Shown piece by piece: positions 1 to 13,365 of a DNA stretch of 64,000 nt. This DNA is from the human T2T-CHM13v2.0 reference genome, Homo sapiens, in the NCBI RefSeq assembly GCF_009914755.1, contig NC_060927.1, one strand, 5' to 3'. The translations under genes and the position numbers were made by a program. Under the pieces are notes generated by a model, which worked only from the letters and a program-made list of their open reading frames with translations, did not search any database and was not told where the DNA came from. Each line of letters begins with the position of its first letter. Within the stretch, counting starts at the first letter, position 1.

Positions 1-1045
1 GCCTGTAATCCCAGCTATTTGGGAGGCTGAGGCAGGAGAATCACTCAAACCTGGAGGCAGAGGTTGCAGTGAGCCAGGATCACACCACTGCACTCCAGCC
101 TGGGCAACAGAACAAGACTCCATTCCAGAAAAAAAAATAGTTTGTTCCACATTGAAAAGATGTTTTGCACCAGGCATGGTAGCTACAGAGGCAATCCCAG
201 CTACACAGGAGGCTAAGGCAGGAAGATTGCTTAAGGCTAGCAGTTCGAGACCAGCCTGGGCAACATAGCAAAACCCCATTGCTACTTAAAAAAAAAATAA
301 AATTACTGGCCCCAGTGGCTCACGCCTGTAATCCCAGCATTTTGGGAAGCTGAGGTGGGCAGATCATTTGAGCCCACGAGTTCAGGACTAGCCTAGGCAA
401 CATGGTGAAACTCTATCTCTAGAAATAACTCTATCTCTAGAAAGAAAAAAAGTTAGCCAGATGTGGTGGTTGCACATCTGTAGTCCCTGTGCTACTCAGA
501 AGGATGAGGTGGGAAGATCACTAAGCCCAAGAGGTGGAGGCTGCAGTGAGCCGTAATTGTGCCACTGGGCTCCAGCATGGGCAACAGAGTGAGACCCTGT
601 CTCACCAAAAAAAAAAAAAAAAAATTAGCTGGCCATGTTGATGTGTGCCTGTAATCCCAGCTACTCAGGAGGCTGGGATTACAGATGGGTGGATTGCTTG
701 AGCCCAGGAGGTCAAGGCTGCAGTGAGCTATGATCATGCTACTGTACTCCAGCCTGGGCAATGGAACAAGACTCTGTCTCAAAAAAAAATGTTTTGGTGG
801 AATTGTAAATAGTGATAATAAAGAATAGTAAAGGAATTATGGCTAATATTATATTTTTGGATGATTAGAAAAATATAAAAATGAGTAAAAGAATTTTCAA
901 TAATTTGGATCAAAATCCCTGGAATTAGCCAGTAACAGTGGATCATGCCTGTAATCCCAGCATTTTGGGAGGCCAGAGTGGGTGGATCACTTGAGCTCAG
1001 CAGTTCCAGACCAGCCTGGGTAACTTAGTGAATCCCCATCTCTAT
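1..1045 (+). mobile_element. Alu cluster (several full and partial copies)
   Basis: Alu consensus arms and A-tails. Confidence 0.92.
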
Positions 1046-1264
1046 AGAGAAATTAAAATTTAAAAATATTTTTAAAAAGAAAAACAAATGCCTGGAATTT
1101 TGCACTGCTCCTCTGACAAAGAATGGTAGACATATAATAGATAAAACCTTTGGTTAAAACACCTAGACATGAAAAGTTTAAAGTTTGTTAGAAATTTTGT
1201 AACCAGATATTTTGAATGGTTTTAGTAGAATCATTACTTTGCTTTCATAGTTAACTTTTTCCAG

Positions 1265-1422
1265 TCCTAGGAAAAACCCTTCTGTGGTTATAAAGCCAGA
1301 AGCATGTTCTCCACAATTTGGAAAAACATCTTTTCCTACAAAGGAGTCTTTTAGTGCTAACATGTCCCTTCCCCACCCCTGCCAGACGGAGTCAGGATAC
1401 AAGCCTCTGGTGGGCAGAGAGG
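1265..1422 (+). CDS. ATRIP: ATRIP coding exon (exon 5 of 13 by recalled structure), SPRKNPSVVIKPEACSPQF...LVGRE
   Basis: ttccag acceptor and GG|gtaagt donor; translation matches ATR-interacting protein including the SPRK and SPQF phospho-motifs; 158 nt. Confidence 0.96.
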
Positions 1423-1430
1423 GTAAGTCC

Positions 1431-1843
1431 ATTAGTCATCTATTGATGTATAACAAGCTACCCAAATATGTGGCTTAAAACAATTATTATTTATTTTCTC
1501 CCAATTTCTGTGATCAGCAATTCTGACAAGGCACAGAGGGGACAATCTCTGCAGGGACTGGAATCACTGAAAGCTTGTCTTAAGCTGGAGGATCTATTTC
1601 AAGGTGGCTCACTCACATGGCTGGCAGTGTAATTTCTTGCCACATGGGCCTCTGCACATGGATATGGGGTATCCTCTTAACCTGGTGGGTGGCTTCCTCT
1701 AAAGCTAGCAAATCCAGAGAGAGCGAGCCAGGCAGAAGCTATCCATTTATGGCCTAGCCTCAGAAGTCACACAGCATCCCCTCTGCCACATTGTATTTGT
1801 TAGAAGCAAATCACTGAGTCTGGGCGTCATTCAAGGGGAGAAA
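1431..1843 (-). mobile_element. Old MLT1 (H/I-like) MaLR LTR in ATRIP intron
   Basis: tggcttaaaacaa, aaggtggctcactcacatggctggcag and cctagcctcagaagtcacacagcat motifs. Confidence 0.65.
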
Positions 1844-1860
1844 CCAAGCTTATACCTTTT

Positions 1861-2035
1861 TTTTAATTTTTATTTTTTATTTTTATTTTATTATTATACT
1901 TTAAATTTTAGGGTACATGTGCACAACGTGCAGGTGTGTTACGTATGTATACATGTGCCATGTTGGTGTGTTGCACCCATTAACTCGTCATTTAGCATTA
2001 GGTATATCTCCTAATGCTATCCCTCCCCCCTCCTC
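1861..2035 (-). mobile_element. Short 5'-truncated young L1PA 3' end with 17-bp TSD
   Basis: tagggtacatgtgcacaacgtgcagg...atgctatccctcccc; TSD ccaagcttatacctttt at 1844-1860 and 2036-2052. Confidence 0.92.
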
Positions 2036-2054
2036 CCAAGCTTATACCTTTTGA

Positions 2055-2625
<571 letters not shown>

Positions 2626-2879
2626 CTGTTTTCCTTTTGTAGTCCAGCTTTTGAGTTTTTATAACTCAGTCCAGATTGAGGGGATCTGCTGTTTTTTAGA
2701 GAGAGACAATCTAACATCAGTAGGTTTTCAGACTGCTATGTCAGTGTATCTTATAAATCGGATACATTGACCCTCTTCTTACCATCAACCTTTCAAATCC
2801 TTGGCCATCATAACACTTCTGAGAAACTGTAGCCCACTTACATTTTTGGCATCTAGCAGCTAAAGGGGCAGTGTACAGT

Positions 2880-3115
2880 AGTGTTACAAGCGGGCAGTAG
2901 AGCCCAGTAGCCTGGATGTGAGTCCCAGTAATGCTGTTAACTGGCTTATATGATTTGGGCAAGTCCTTTAGTCTCTGTGCCTCAGTTTCCCTATATGTAA
3001 AACAGACCTAATGATAAATCCTTGTAGGGTCACTGAGGAACAAATGGGCTGATGCGTATAGAGCTCTTAAAACACTGTCTAGCACGTAACAAGCACCATG
3101 TCAATGTTAGTGGTC
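2880..3115 (+). mobile_element. MIR SINE
   Basis: ttgggcaagtc...ctctgtgcctcagtttccctatatgtaaaa core. Confidence 0.8.
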
Positions 3116-3363
3116 ACTGTTTTATCTAATTGCCTCATTTTGAGTGAGGCAAACAGCTTGATTTTCTTTTCCTTTCCTTGTATGAGTTCCTGTTTTACAT
3201 AAGGAAGGTAAAAGATGCAGGGCTCTTGAGCCGCTTTGGCTCTTGTTTGTTCCAAGTTCGAAGAAGTAGAACAGCGTGTGTTTTAAACTCATTGCATGTA
3301 AAAGTTTCTAATATGCCCATGCTTCTGGGCTCAAGTTTTGATTTACATTTTATCACATTTCAG

Positions 3364-3459
3364 ATAGTAAGCCCCACAGTCTGAGAGGTGACTCCATAAA
3401 ACAAGAAGAGGCCCAGAAAAGCTTTGTTGACAGCTGGAGACAGAGATCAAACACTCAAG
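3364..3459 (+). CDS. ATRIP: ATRIP exon 6 (DSKPHSLRGDSIKQEEAQKSFVDSWRQRSNTQ)
   Basis: tttcag acceptor, AAG|gtacca donor, 96 nt, in phase with flanking exons. Confidence 0.95.
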
Positions 3460-3791
3460 GTACCAGAATCCCTGCTTCTCCTGCAGGGGCCTGCATGGCT
3501 CTGAGTAATATGCAGAAGAATTGCCCAGGCCTCTGAGAACCGGTGCCCCGGGCAGTCCTTCAGAGAGTCCAGGGAAGTCAAAGTATGTGGCTTAAGCAGA
3601 AGACTTTATAAAGTGGAAAGGGCCAAGGGCAGGTATGTCCCAGAGCCTTCCGCACCCACAGGCATCTTCCTGGGGCTTAGTGGCAGCCTAGAGGACAGTT
3701 GGCATCCAAAGAATCCTTACTGTTTCCTTCTGAAAGCCACCGAAAAGATCTCCCATGTCAGAACCTTCTAGAGTCATCTTGTCTTCTGCAG

Positions 3792-3921
3792 GTTCCATTT
3801 TGATAAACCTGCTCCTGAAGCAGCCTTTGATCCCAGGGTCATCCCTAAGCCTTTGCCACCTCCTGAGTAGTAGTTCTGAGTCTCCTGCTGGCACCCCCCT
3901 GCAGCCACCAGGGTTTGGCAG
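3792..3921 (+). CDS. ATRIP: ATRIP exon 7 (GSILINLLLKQPLIPGSSLSLCHLL...PPGFG)
   Basis: ctgcag acceptor, CAG|gtaagc donor, 130 nt, frame continuous. Confidence 0.95.
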
Positions 3922-4114
3922 GTAAGCATAAGACTCCTGGAAAGCTTGTTTGGGAAGGAGCTTCCTGGAAGCAAATTCCTTTCTGGCCCTGGCCAGCCTG
4001 AGAAGTCTGTGGGAAGGGCAGGCAGCCTGGAGAATTTGGCAGGCAGGCTGTTTGGGGCTCTTGACCTTATCTCCATCCCACACTTAATCTATTTTTCTTT
4101 GTGTTTGTTGCCAG

Positions 4115-4804
4115 TACCTTGGCTGGAATGTCAGGCCTCAGGACCACAGGTTCTTATGATGGGTCATTTTCCCTCTCAGCCCTGAGAGAAGCACAGAACC
4201 TGGCATTCACTGGACTGAATCTGGTTGCCCGGAATGAGTGCTCACGTGATGGAGACCCAGCAGAGGGAGGCAGAAGGGCCTTCCCACTCTGCCAGCTTCC
4301 TGGAGCCGTGCATTTCCTCCCCCTTGTACAGTTCTTCATCGGCTTACACTGCCAGGCCCTGCAGGACTTGGCAGCTGCTAAGAGAAGCGGAGCACCTGGG
4401 GACTCACCGACACATTCCTCCTGCGTGAGCTCTGGGGTAGAGACCAACCCTGAGGACTCAGTGTGCATCCTGGAAGGCTTCTCTGTGACTGCACTTAGCA
4501 TTCTTCAGCACCTGGTGTGCCACAGCGGAGCAGTCGTCTCCCTATTACTGTCAGGAGTGGGGGCAGATTCTGCTGCTGGGGAAGGAAACAGGAGCCTGGT
4601 TCACAGGCTTAGTGATGGAGATATGACCTCAGCCCTAAGGGGGGTTGCTGATGACCAAGGACAGCACCCACTGTTGAAGATGCTTCTTCACCTGTTGGCT
4701 TTCTCTTCTGCAGCAACAGGTCACCTTCAAGCCAGTGTCCTGACCCAGTGCCTTAAGGTTTTGGTGAAATTAGCCGAAAACACTTCCTGTGATTTCTTGC
4801 CCAG
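4115..4804 (+). CDS. ATRIP: ATRIP exon 8 (large exon, helical-repeat region)
   Basis: ORF 4101..4811 matches ATRIP; tgccag acceptor, CAG|gtatta donor; 690 nt. Confidence 0.97.
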
Positions 4805-5699
4805 GTATTAAGCTGCATAGGAGTCATGATTCTTTGTGGGTCTCACCTGACCTCTTAAGGTCTAACCCATGGCACTTGTACTTTGCTCACATCTTGACTT
4901 ATCTACACTAGTTAGTTCTAAGGCTTGGTTCAGGGAGTTCTGAAGTGATGGGAAGTGGGGCCAAATGGGAGAACCAAGGAAGTGGTTTATTTGATTTAAT
5001 TCTGCCTCTGAACAACAGGTAAGCAAAAGGCACACATGATTAAAGGAGGCTGCTAACCTCTGTGGAGGAGGGCCCTGCCCCAGGACAAGGGTTAAGACAA
5101 GGGGCCTCTGAACCTGAGATGTGGGTAAGGTGAAGACCACACATCACAAGCACGTTGAAGTTTAGTGGTTTCCCTAAGGAAGCAGAGGATGTGGAGAGGG
5201 TCTGCAGCCCACGGGCTGACCTTGCTGGGAGTCTCTGCCTGTCATTGTGCCCATCTTTAGCATGCATCTGGGGTGGCCTGTTCTTCTTAAGGTTTGTGGG
5301 TAGTATATTATAGTGAACCTAGCGAATGAACACTGTGATCATAAATTCCTCCCTTGGGATTCCAGAGCCGCAAGATTGGGGAGAACTGTGAACACAACCA
5401 GCCCACCCCCTCATCCAGTAATCCAGTCTCCCTCAGCACTCTACCAAAGGGTCAGTTTCTATGTTGGAATGATTCCACTGGCTGAATATATCTTAAATCA
5501 TCTCATCTCTGAGCTCAGCACTGCTGTTTCCTAGATCTGTTTCCATCTGAATATTTTTGGTTGGTCTGGCCCATGCTAAAGGTGGTACTCAGCTGGACAC
5601 AGCACTGCAGTGTAGTGTGGGCAGTGGGATCAGGCAGACTCAGGACTCAAGTGCCCAGCAGGGGCCCAGCTCATAGTGGCTGTTTTTTTTTGTTGTTGT

Positions 5700-6853
<1,154 letters not shown>

Positions 6854-7749
6854 TTAAAATTCCAGCTTCCCACAAAGGGCTGCACACCCTGGCAACTAAA
6901 AAGCATTGAACTTTTTGTCTGCTGTGCAGGATTTGCCCTAAAGTGAGTTCACCCCACATAGTGAGACCTTGCTTCCTAAGGACACACTGAGGGATATCTT
7001 GACCTTCTGTGCTTAGAAACTGCAGATGTCTGAAGGGGTACACACCTGGCCAGACCCCATAGAGTGTTTCAGAATTGCCCTCCTCCCCACCCACCAGGCC
7101 AGTCCATCGTGCTCCCCCAGGCTATGTGGGTTGAGCAAACAGCAGCAGTTGCCTTGGGGCTTGGTTTATTGGGGTAATAGCTTTCCTTTTGCCCCTGAGA
7201 CCTGGGGCAGTATGCCCAGAACCCCTCCCTCCTGCACACCCCACAGTAGGCACATTCTCCCACTGGCAGCAGATGTGTTTTCTGGCAAGTAGAGAAAATG
7301 GCTTTCCTTGCCCTGTGAGAGGTCTCATAAGATCCAGCCATAGCCAAGGCCATGTTTGTCACCTCTGGAGGCCTGGTCAGTCCTTCTGTGGGCACAGAAC
7401 ATTTCTCTCCCACCTAAGTTAGGACCTGCATCCCTGTTTGGGAGCATGTGGAAGCCAGGCATCCCAGATCCAGGAGGTCATCCCACTTCCTGGGCGATGC
7501 TACACCAGATAAGGGCCTGTCCTCTCAGCTGCAGCAGTCTTGCAGTGGAAGTGCCCACTTGTTCACATGAAACAAGTTTCATAGCAAGTAAGTAGGGGTC
7601 AGGCCAGCACTGAAACCCAAGTCTGGCTGAACCAACTCACCTGTTCATACTGACTTGCTCAATTTTCTGTTACCTCTAGTGGAGTGTGAAGGTAGGTTAT
7701 GGAGCTGGGGTTGGGGAGTGTCACGTCTCTCTGGGTCCCTGTCTTTTAG

Positions 7750-7886
7750 GTTCCAGTGTGTGTTCCAAGTGCTGCCAAAGTGCCTCAGCCCAGAGACACC
7801 CCTGCCTAGCGTGCTGCTGGCTGTTGAGCTCCTCTCCCTGCTGGCGGACCACGACCAGCTGGCACCTCAGCTCTGTTCCCACTCAG
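7750..7886 (+). CDS. ATRIP: ATRIP exon 9 (FQCVFQVLPKCLSPETP...LCSHS)
   Basis: ttttag acceptor, CAG|gtaaag donor; 137 nt. Confidence 0.96.
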
Positions 7887-8045
7887 GTAAAGCAGGGTGG
7901 GGCGGGCATCTAGACTGCTCCTGCAGATCAAGGGAAGGGTTGGGGTGGGAACAGGGTCAAGGGCCTCAGAGGGCTTCTGCAGTATGTAGCCCACGCTCTT
8001 TATGAGAAAGGGCACCCTGAGTGAGAGGTGCGCTGTCCTTTTCAG

Positions 8046-8137
8046 AAGGCTGCCTCCTGCTGCTGCTGTACATGTACATCACATCACGGCCTGACAGAGT
8101 GGCCTTGGAGACACAATGGCTCCAGCTGGAACAAGAG
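8046..8137 (+). CDS. ATRIP: ATRIP exon 10 (EGCLLLLLYMYITSRPDRVALETQWLQLEQE)
   Basis: tttcag acceptor, GAG|gtaaaa donor; 92 nt. Confidence 0.95.
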
Positions 8138-8586
8138 GTAAAAACTCCAGAGCCCCTTCTGGACACTGTCCCCACCCCATCCTAAGAACCAACAGAATCT
8201 CCTTTCTTTCCGCTGAGGAGAAACGGAGCTTTAATTCATTTTAGTAACAAGAGTTGATAAAGCAACTAAAGAGGTAAACTCAGTTTGGGGGCTGTGCACC
8301 ACACAGATGCAATGCAGACAGGACTTGGCAGAGTTGCCTGATGACTGATCCTGTCTTGGCTTTGGGACGTGGGGGCAGAATAGGGGGCTGGAGGCAGGTG
8401 GGTTGCTGGTGACACATGAGTGCTTGTCCTGGGTCTTCCCTGGGAAGGTCCCACACCACTTCTTGGACCCCATTTGTGCAGACAAACAGTTGCTGAAGCA
8501 AGTGAACTCTTATAGAAGCTTAAGAAAACCCTCGCAGGGACTGGTCTCCTTCTGCCCAGGATGGAACCACTCTGTTCTTGTTCTAG

Positions 8587-8667
8587 GTGGTGTGGCTCCT
8601 GGCTAAGCTTGGTGTGCAGAGCCCCTTGCCCCCAGTCACTGGCTCCAACTGCCAGTGTAATGTGGAG
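8587..8667 (+). CDS. ATRIP: ATRIP exon 11 (VVWLLAKLGVQSPLPPVTGSNCQCNVE), symmetric 81-nt exon
   Basis: ttctag acceptor, GAG|gtgagt donor; phase 0-0. Confidence 0.95.
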
Positions 8668-8835
8668 GTGAGTGGGTAGGGGCCAACAGCTGGCAGCTCT
8701 GGTGGTAAGGGGGCCCCGTGCAAGGACTGTAGGCCCCACTGCAAACCCCCTCACGTGAGGTGGCTAGGCTGAGCGGATTGTTAGGGTGCAGGCCATGGTG
8801 GCACCAGGCCTCAGTCTGCACCCCCCCTCTCTCAG

Positions 8836-9088
8836 GTGGTCAGAGCGCTCACGGTGATGTTGCACAGACAGTGGCTGACAGTGCGGAGGGCAGGGGGACC
8901 CCCAAGGACCGACCAGCAGAGGCGGACAGTGCGCTGTCTGCGGGACACGGTGCTGCTGCTGCACGGCCTATCGCAGAAGGACAAGCTCTTCATGATGCAC
9001 TGCGTGGAGGTCCTGCATCAGTTTGACCAGGTGATGCCGGGGGTCAGCATGCTCATCCGAGGGCTTCCTGATGTGACGGACTGTGAAG
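8836..9088 (+). CDS. ATRIP: ATRIP exon 12 (VVRALTVMLHRQW...PDVTDCE)
   Basis: tctcag acceptor, AAG|gtaagc donor; 253 nt; ORF 8836..9285. Confidence 0.96.
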
Positions 9089-9491
9089 GTAAGCCTGCCA
9101 GAGGCCATCCTGCCCAGCCCCCATGGCTTCTTCCAGAGGTTCCCCAACAAGTCAGATTCCTGGGTGTCCCCTCAGCAGGCCCCCGCCCACTGCAGCCTGT
9201 TCCAGCACTGGGGCCATTTTCTTTTATCTTCCTGCCTCAGTTCTTCTCCAAGCATATTGGGATGCCTTTTGCATCTATCTGTTGAGTGTGCCTGGCAGAG
9301 CCACGGTTTTTCCAGAAATAGCCGTGTCTGAATTGCCTTTGTATCACTTTGTTTGCAGTAGCTGAGGGAGCAGGGCCTGGGTGTGGAAGGGACTGGTTAG
9401 TTCCTGCGGACGTTGGGGGAGGAGAGGTGGGACCTGCCCTAGGCCCTGGCACCTTTGGGCCCTCACCAGGAACCTCTCCTTTTTGTCTCAG

Positions 9492-9559
9492 AGGCAGCCC
9501 TGGATGACCTCTGTGCCGCGGAAACCGATGTGGAAGACCCCGAGGTGGAGTGTGGCTGA
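9492..9559 (+). CDS. ATRIP: ATRIP last coding exon (EAALDDLCAAETDVEDPEVECG*)
   Basis: tctcag acceptor; TGA at 9557-9559; acidic ATRIP C-terminus. Confidence 0.96.
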
Positions 9560-9621
9560 GGCCCTGAGTGTCCAGCCACATGGTGGCACCAGCACCACTC
9601 CTTTCCTTACCACATCAACTG

Positions 9622-9627
9622 ATTAAA
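9622..9627 (+). terminator. ATRIP: ATRIP polyadenylation signal (variant ATTAAA)
   Basis: ATTAAA about 60 nt after the stop codon; GT/T-rich stretch downstream (9665-9690). Confidence 0.75.
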
Positions 9628-9831
9628 GCAGTGACCAGCAGGAACTGCCCAGAGAACTGGCTGGCCTTGTTTCCTGAGTCTGATCTGTTTGGCGGAGTGG
9701 GAGGGGTGGAGCAGGACCCGGACCCTGAGTGGCTGGGATCCTTCTTCCTGTCCCTGGCTGTTGCTGAGCCCGTCCCCATGGTAACTGATCTGCCTTGAGG
9801 AAGGAGCCCTGCCCTGCCTGTGGAATTGTCC

Positions 9832-10245
9832 TGAGTCATTGCTTTGGGCTGGGGCCATGGGAAGAAACCATTGTGTGGCAGGGAAGGAGGTGGCTCTTGG
9901 CCCAGGCCTAAACCAGGAAAGCCTGGGAAACTGGGACCCACAGGTGGGCATGAAAGGGCCGCAGCAGGGGCTCCCAGCAGTGTGTAAGACCGGGAGCTGG
10001 TCTGGCACCACTGCCCTGGTCCTTCCAGCTGCCTGTCACTGGTATGATGGCCCCGGTGCATTGTGCCACCAGCAGGCCACAGCTGTGGATCTTGGAAGGC
10101 CTCTGGGGTCCCCCGGGAGCAGGGGAGTGGGTGTGGGGGGGAACGGATGGTGGTGAGAGGGACAGACCAGGCAGGCTGACGAGCAGGGCGGGCCTGGCTC
10201 ACGTGGGCCTGTAGGCGGGCCCACGCCAAGTTTCACTTCCCGCCA
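9832..10245 (+). promoter_or_regulatory. TREX1: TREX1 promoter: AP-1 TGAGTCA (9832-9838), GC box (10186-10191), E-box CACGTG (10200-10205), ETS/IRF composite AGTTTCACTTCC (10229-10240), E2F-like TTCCCGCC
   Basis: Motifs read directly in a CpG-enriched stretch just upstream of non-coding exon 1; occupancy not shown. Confidence 0.7.
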
Positions 10246-10314
10246 CTGCTGCCAGCGAGAGCCGCGGGAGAGCGTGCAGCCGAGTCACTACTGCCTGCCT
10301 GCCTGCCTGCTACG
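10241..10314 (+). other. TREX1: TREX1 non-coding exon 1 (5' end approximate), contains a short (CTGC)n run
   Basis: ACG|gtgagt donor at 10315; splices to ctccag acceptor at 10634, 26 nt before the ATG. Confidence 0.8.
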
Positions 10315-10414
10315 GTGAGTGTGGCCCCCACAATGGGATGGCGCAGGGCAGGAGGGCCATGGGTTCCCCCACCCCAGACTAAGGGGGCACTAGGGGAGGG
10401 GCCGAGTCATGTGA

Positions 10415-11605
<1,191 letters not shown>

Positions 11606-11626
11606 GCCAAGAAGGAAAATCTGACG

Positions 11627-11632
11627 AATAAA
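11627..11632 (+). terminator. TREX1: TREX1 polyadenylation signal AATAAA
   Basis: Canonical hexamer 21 nt after the stop codon. Confidence 0.9.
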
Positions 11633-11894
11633 GACCCCCGCTGCCCCATAGCACTGAGTGGTCAATTGGCTCCTACCCTTCTTGGCAGCACAGACCTCTG
11701 CCCACACCCAGGGACCTGGGGAGGAGGGCACAGTGTTTGTCCCTCACTTTCCCTAGCAGGATGGTCAACTATCTGAGCCCAGTAAAAGTAGGGAAAACAC
11801 AGAGAAGCCCAAATGGATGGAAAGAGTACAGCCTGATTCCAATTCCAGCAGCCGAGGCCAGGAAGAAAGGGGGCAGCAGCTCCAAACGATTGCA

Positions 11895-11900
11895 TTTATT
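11895..11900 (-). terminator. SHISA5: SHISA5 polyadenylation signal AATAAA
   Basis: tttatt on +; upstream UGUA element (tgtaca 11910-11915); closes a ~1.2-kb 3'UTR. Confidence 0.85.
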
Positions 11901-12970
11901 ATAAACAAGTGTACAGACCCTAGACTCAGAAACACAACAGATTTGAGCTAAGACAGCTCTGGTGAAACAGTAATAGAGGGAGGAGGAACACGAGGTATTC
12001 ATGTCTGGGCCAGAGCTGCCATCCAGGGCCCCACACCCCACCTTTGGTCCAGATGGCCCATTGGCCCAGGTGTCCCTGCTGCCAGAACACCGTGGACTGG
12101 GGTACAGGAGTTGTTGCATATTCCATGAGGCTGGTGTCGGGAAGCAGGGACTCACAGTTGCCAGGTTGTCCATCTCTGAGCCAATTTCCCTCCACAACCC
12201 AGGGGTTTCAGTCTCATATCAACTATCATGTTTGAAACAGAAAACAGGCAAAATGTTTGGCTAAAATAAAATGAAAACACTGCAGGGAAGAGAACTGAGT
12301 GTGCTGGTGGACAGGAGCCCTGCTCACCTGTGGGAAGGGCAGGGCCAGCAAGGGCAGCAGAGCTCCCTGGGGGCAGCTAGGCTGTGTGTGCATGTGGCCC
12401 TCCAGCTGGTCCCAGGGGAGATGCGGGGACAGGGGACAGTCCAGGCAGACAGGTACAGCTGAGTAGGGCTCTGCCTGAGGTGTTCTGGCATCAGGAGGCT
12501 GCCTGATCCCCAACAGGCATGACAGGCTCCAGGGAGCAATGGGACATCTGCCCAAAGGATCAAAGTCCAACTTGGCCAGATCCCAAGCTTCGCCTGCATC
12601 ATGTCCCTGGCTCTGCAACGGGTACCCCCAACTCCGGGGACGAGCCATGGCCTCAAGCAGCAGCTGGCTACGCTGCCGAAACCAGGACACATCTGCATCA
12701 CACAGAAAGCTGCGCCACCCTGGTGTGACAGGCCCTACTTGGTCACCCTAGGGTAAGCTGGAGAAGAACTCCAGATGTGCCCTGGAGAGGCCCCCACCTC
12801 TCAGGGGCCACCTCACAGGGTGCCCCCCACCACCCCATTCTTTGAGTTTGGCTTGAGATTTTAGGAAGCATAATTTCAGGTGAGGAAGAGAACAAAGTCT
12901 GGTCCCAGCCCACTCTGGCAAGGATTGTTCCCCACCTTGTCAGCATCAGAGGAAGCCACATATACAGGCA

Positions 12971-13050
12971 GGACACACACAGCACACATGGGGCGTAAGG
13001 AACCGTGCCTGGACACACACAGCACACATGGGGCGTAAGGAACCGCGCCT
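12971..13050. repeat. 40-bp tandem duplication (2 copies, 39/40 identical) in SHISA5 3'UTR
   Basis: ggacacacacagcacacatggggcgtaaggaaccg(t/c)gcct x2. Confidence 0.95.
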
Positions 13051-13111
13051 GCACACCACTCACGCACACACACAACATAACCAAGTGGCAGCCAGAGAGG
13101 CCAGGGAATGC

Positions 13112-13191
13112 TCAGAGGGCCGCCTTCGGGGCATCCATGTAGGCCGGGTTGTAAGGAGGCTGGCTGGCGGGGTAGGGCGCGGCTGCTCCTC
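13112..13191 (-). CDS. SHISA5: SHISA5 exon 6 coding part (GAAAPYPASQPPYNPAYMDAPKAAL*)
   Basis: tttcag acceptor; TGA at 13114-13112; 80 nt; six exons total 723 nt = 240 aa + stop. Confidence 0.96.
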
Positions 13192-13365
13192 CTGAAAGCA
13201 GAGAGGACCCTGGTTGGCTGTGAGCATGGTGGGCTGCCGTGTGAGTGGCAGGCAAGCAGAAAGGGGCAGAGGCCTGTTGAGTGATGTAGTTTGGGATGGG
13301 TGCCCGAGGGATGCTGGCAGAGACTCGGGAAGTCGGGCAGGGCTAGAGTTGGCAGGGGCACTCAC

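Noticed and set aside
3962-3970. TTCCTGGAA GAS and other TTCN3GAA matches (2817, 36973)
   Set aside because: TTCN3GAA is expected about every 4 kb by chance; no supporting motif cluster
9607-10229. 204-aa and 134-aa - strand ORFs over the TREX1 promoter
   Set aside because: GC-rich promoter DNA with no domain or splice support
10261-10280. gagagCgtgc in TREX1 exon 1 may differ from the reference allele I recall (gagagTgtgc)
   Set aside because: Rests on memory only; assembly or haplotype cannot be established without alignment to GRCh38/T2T
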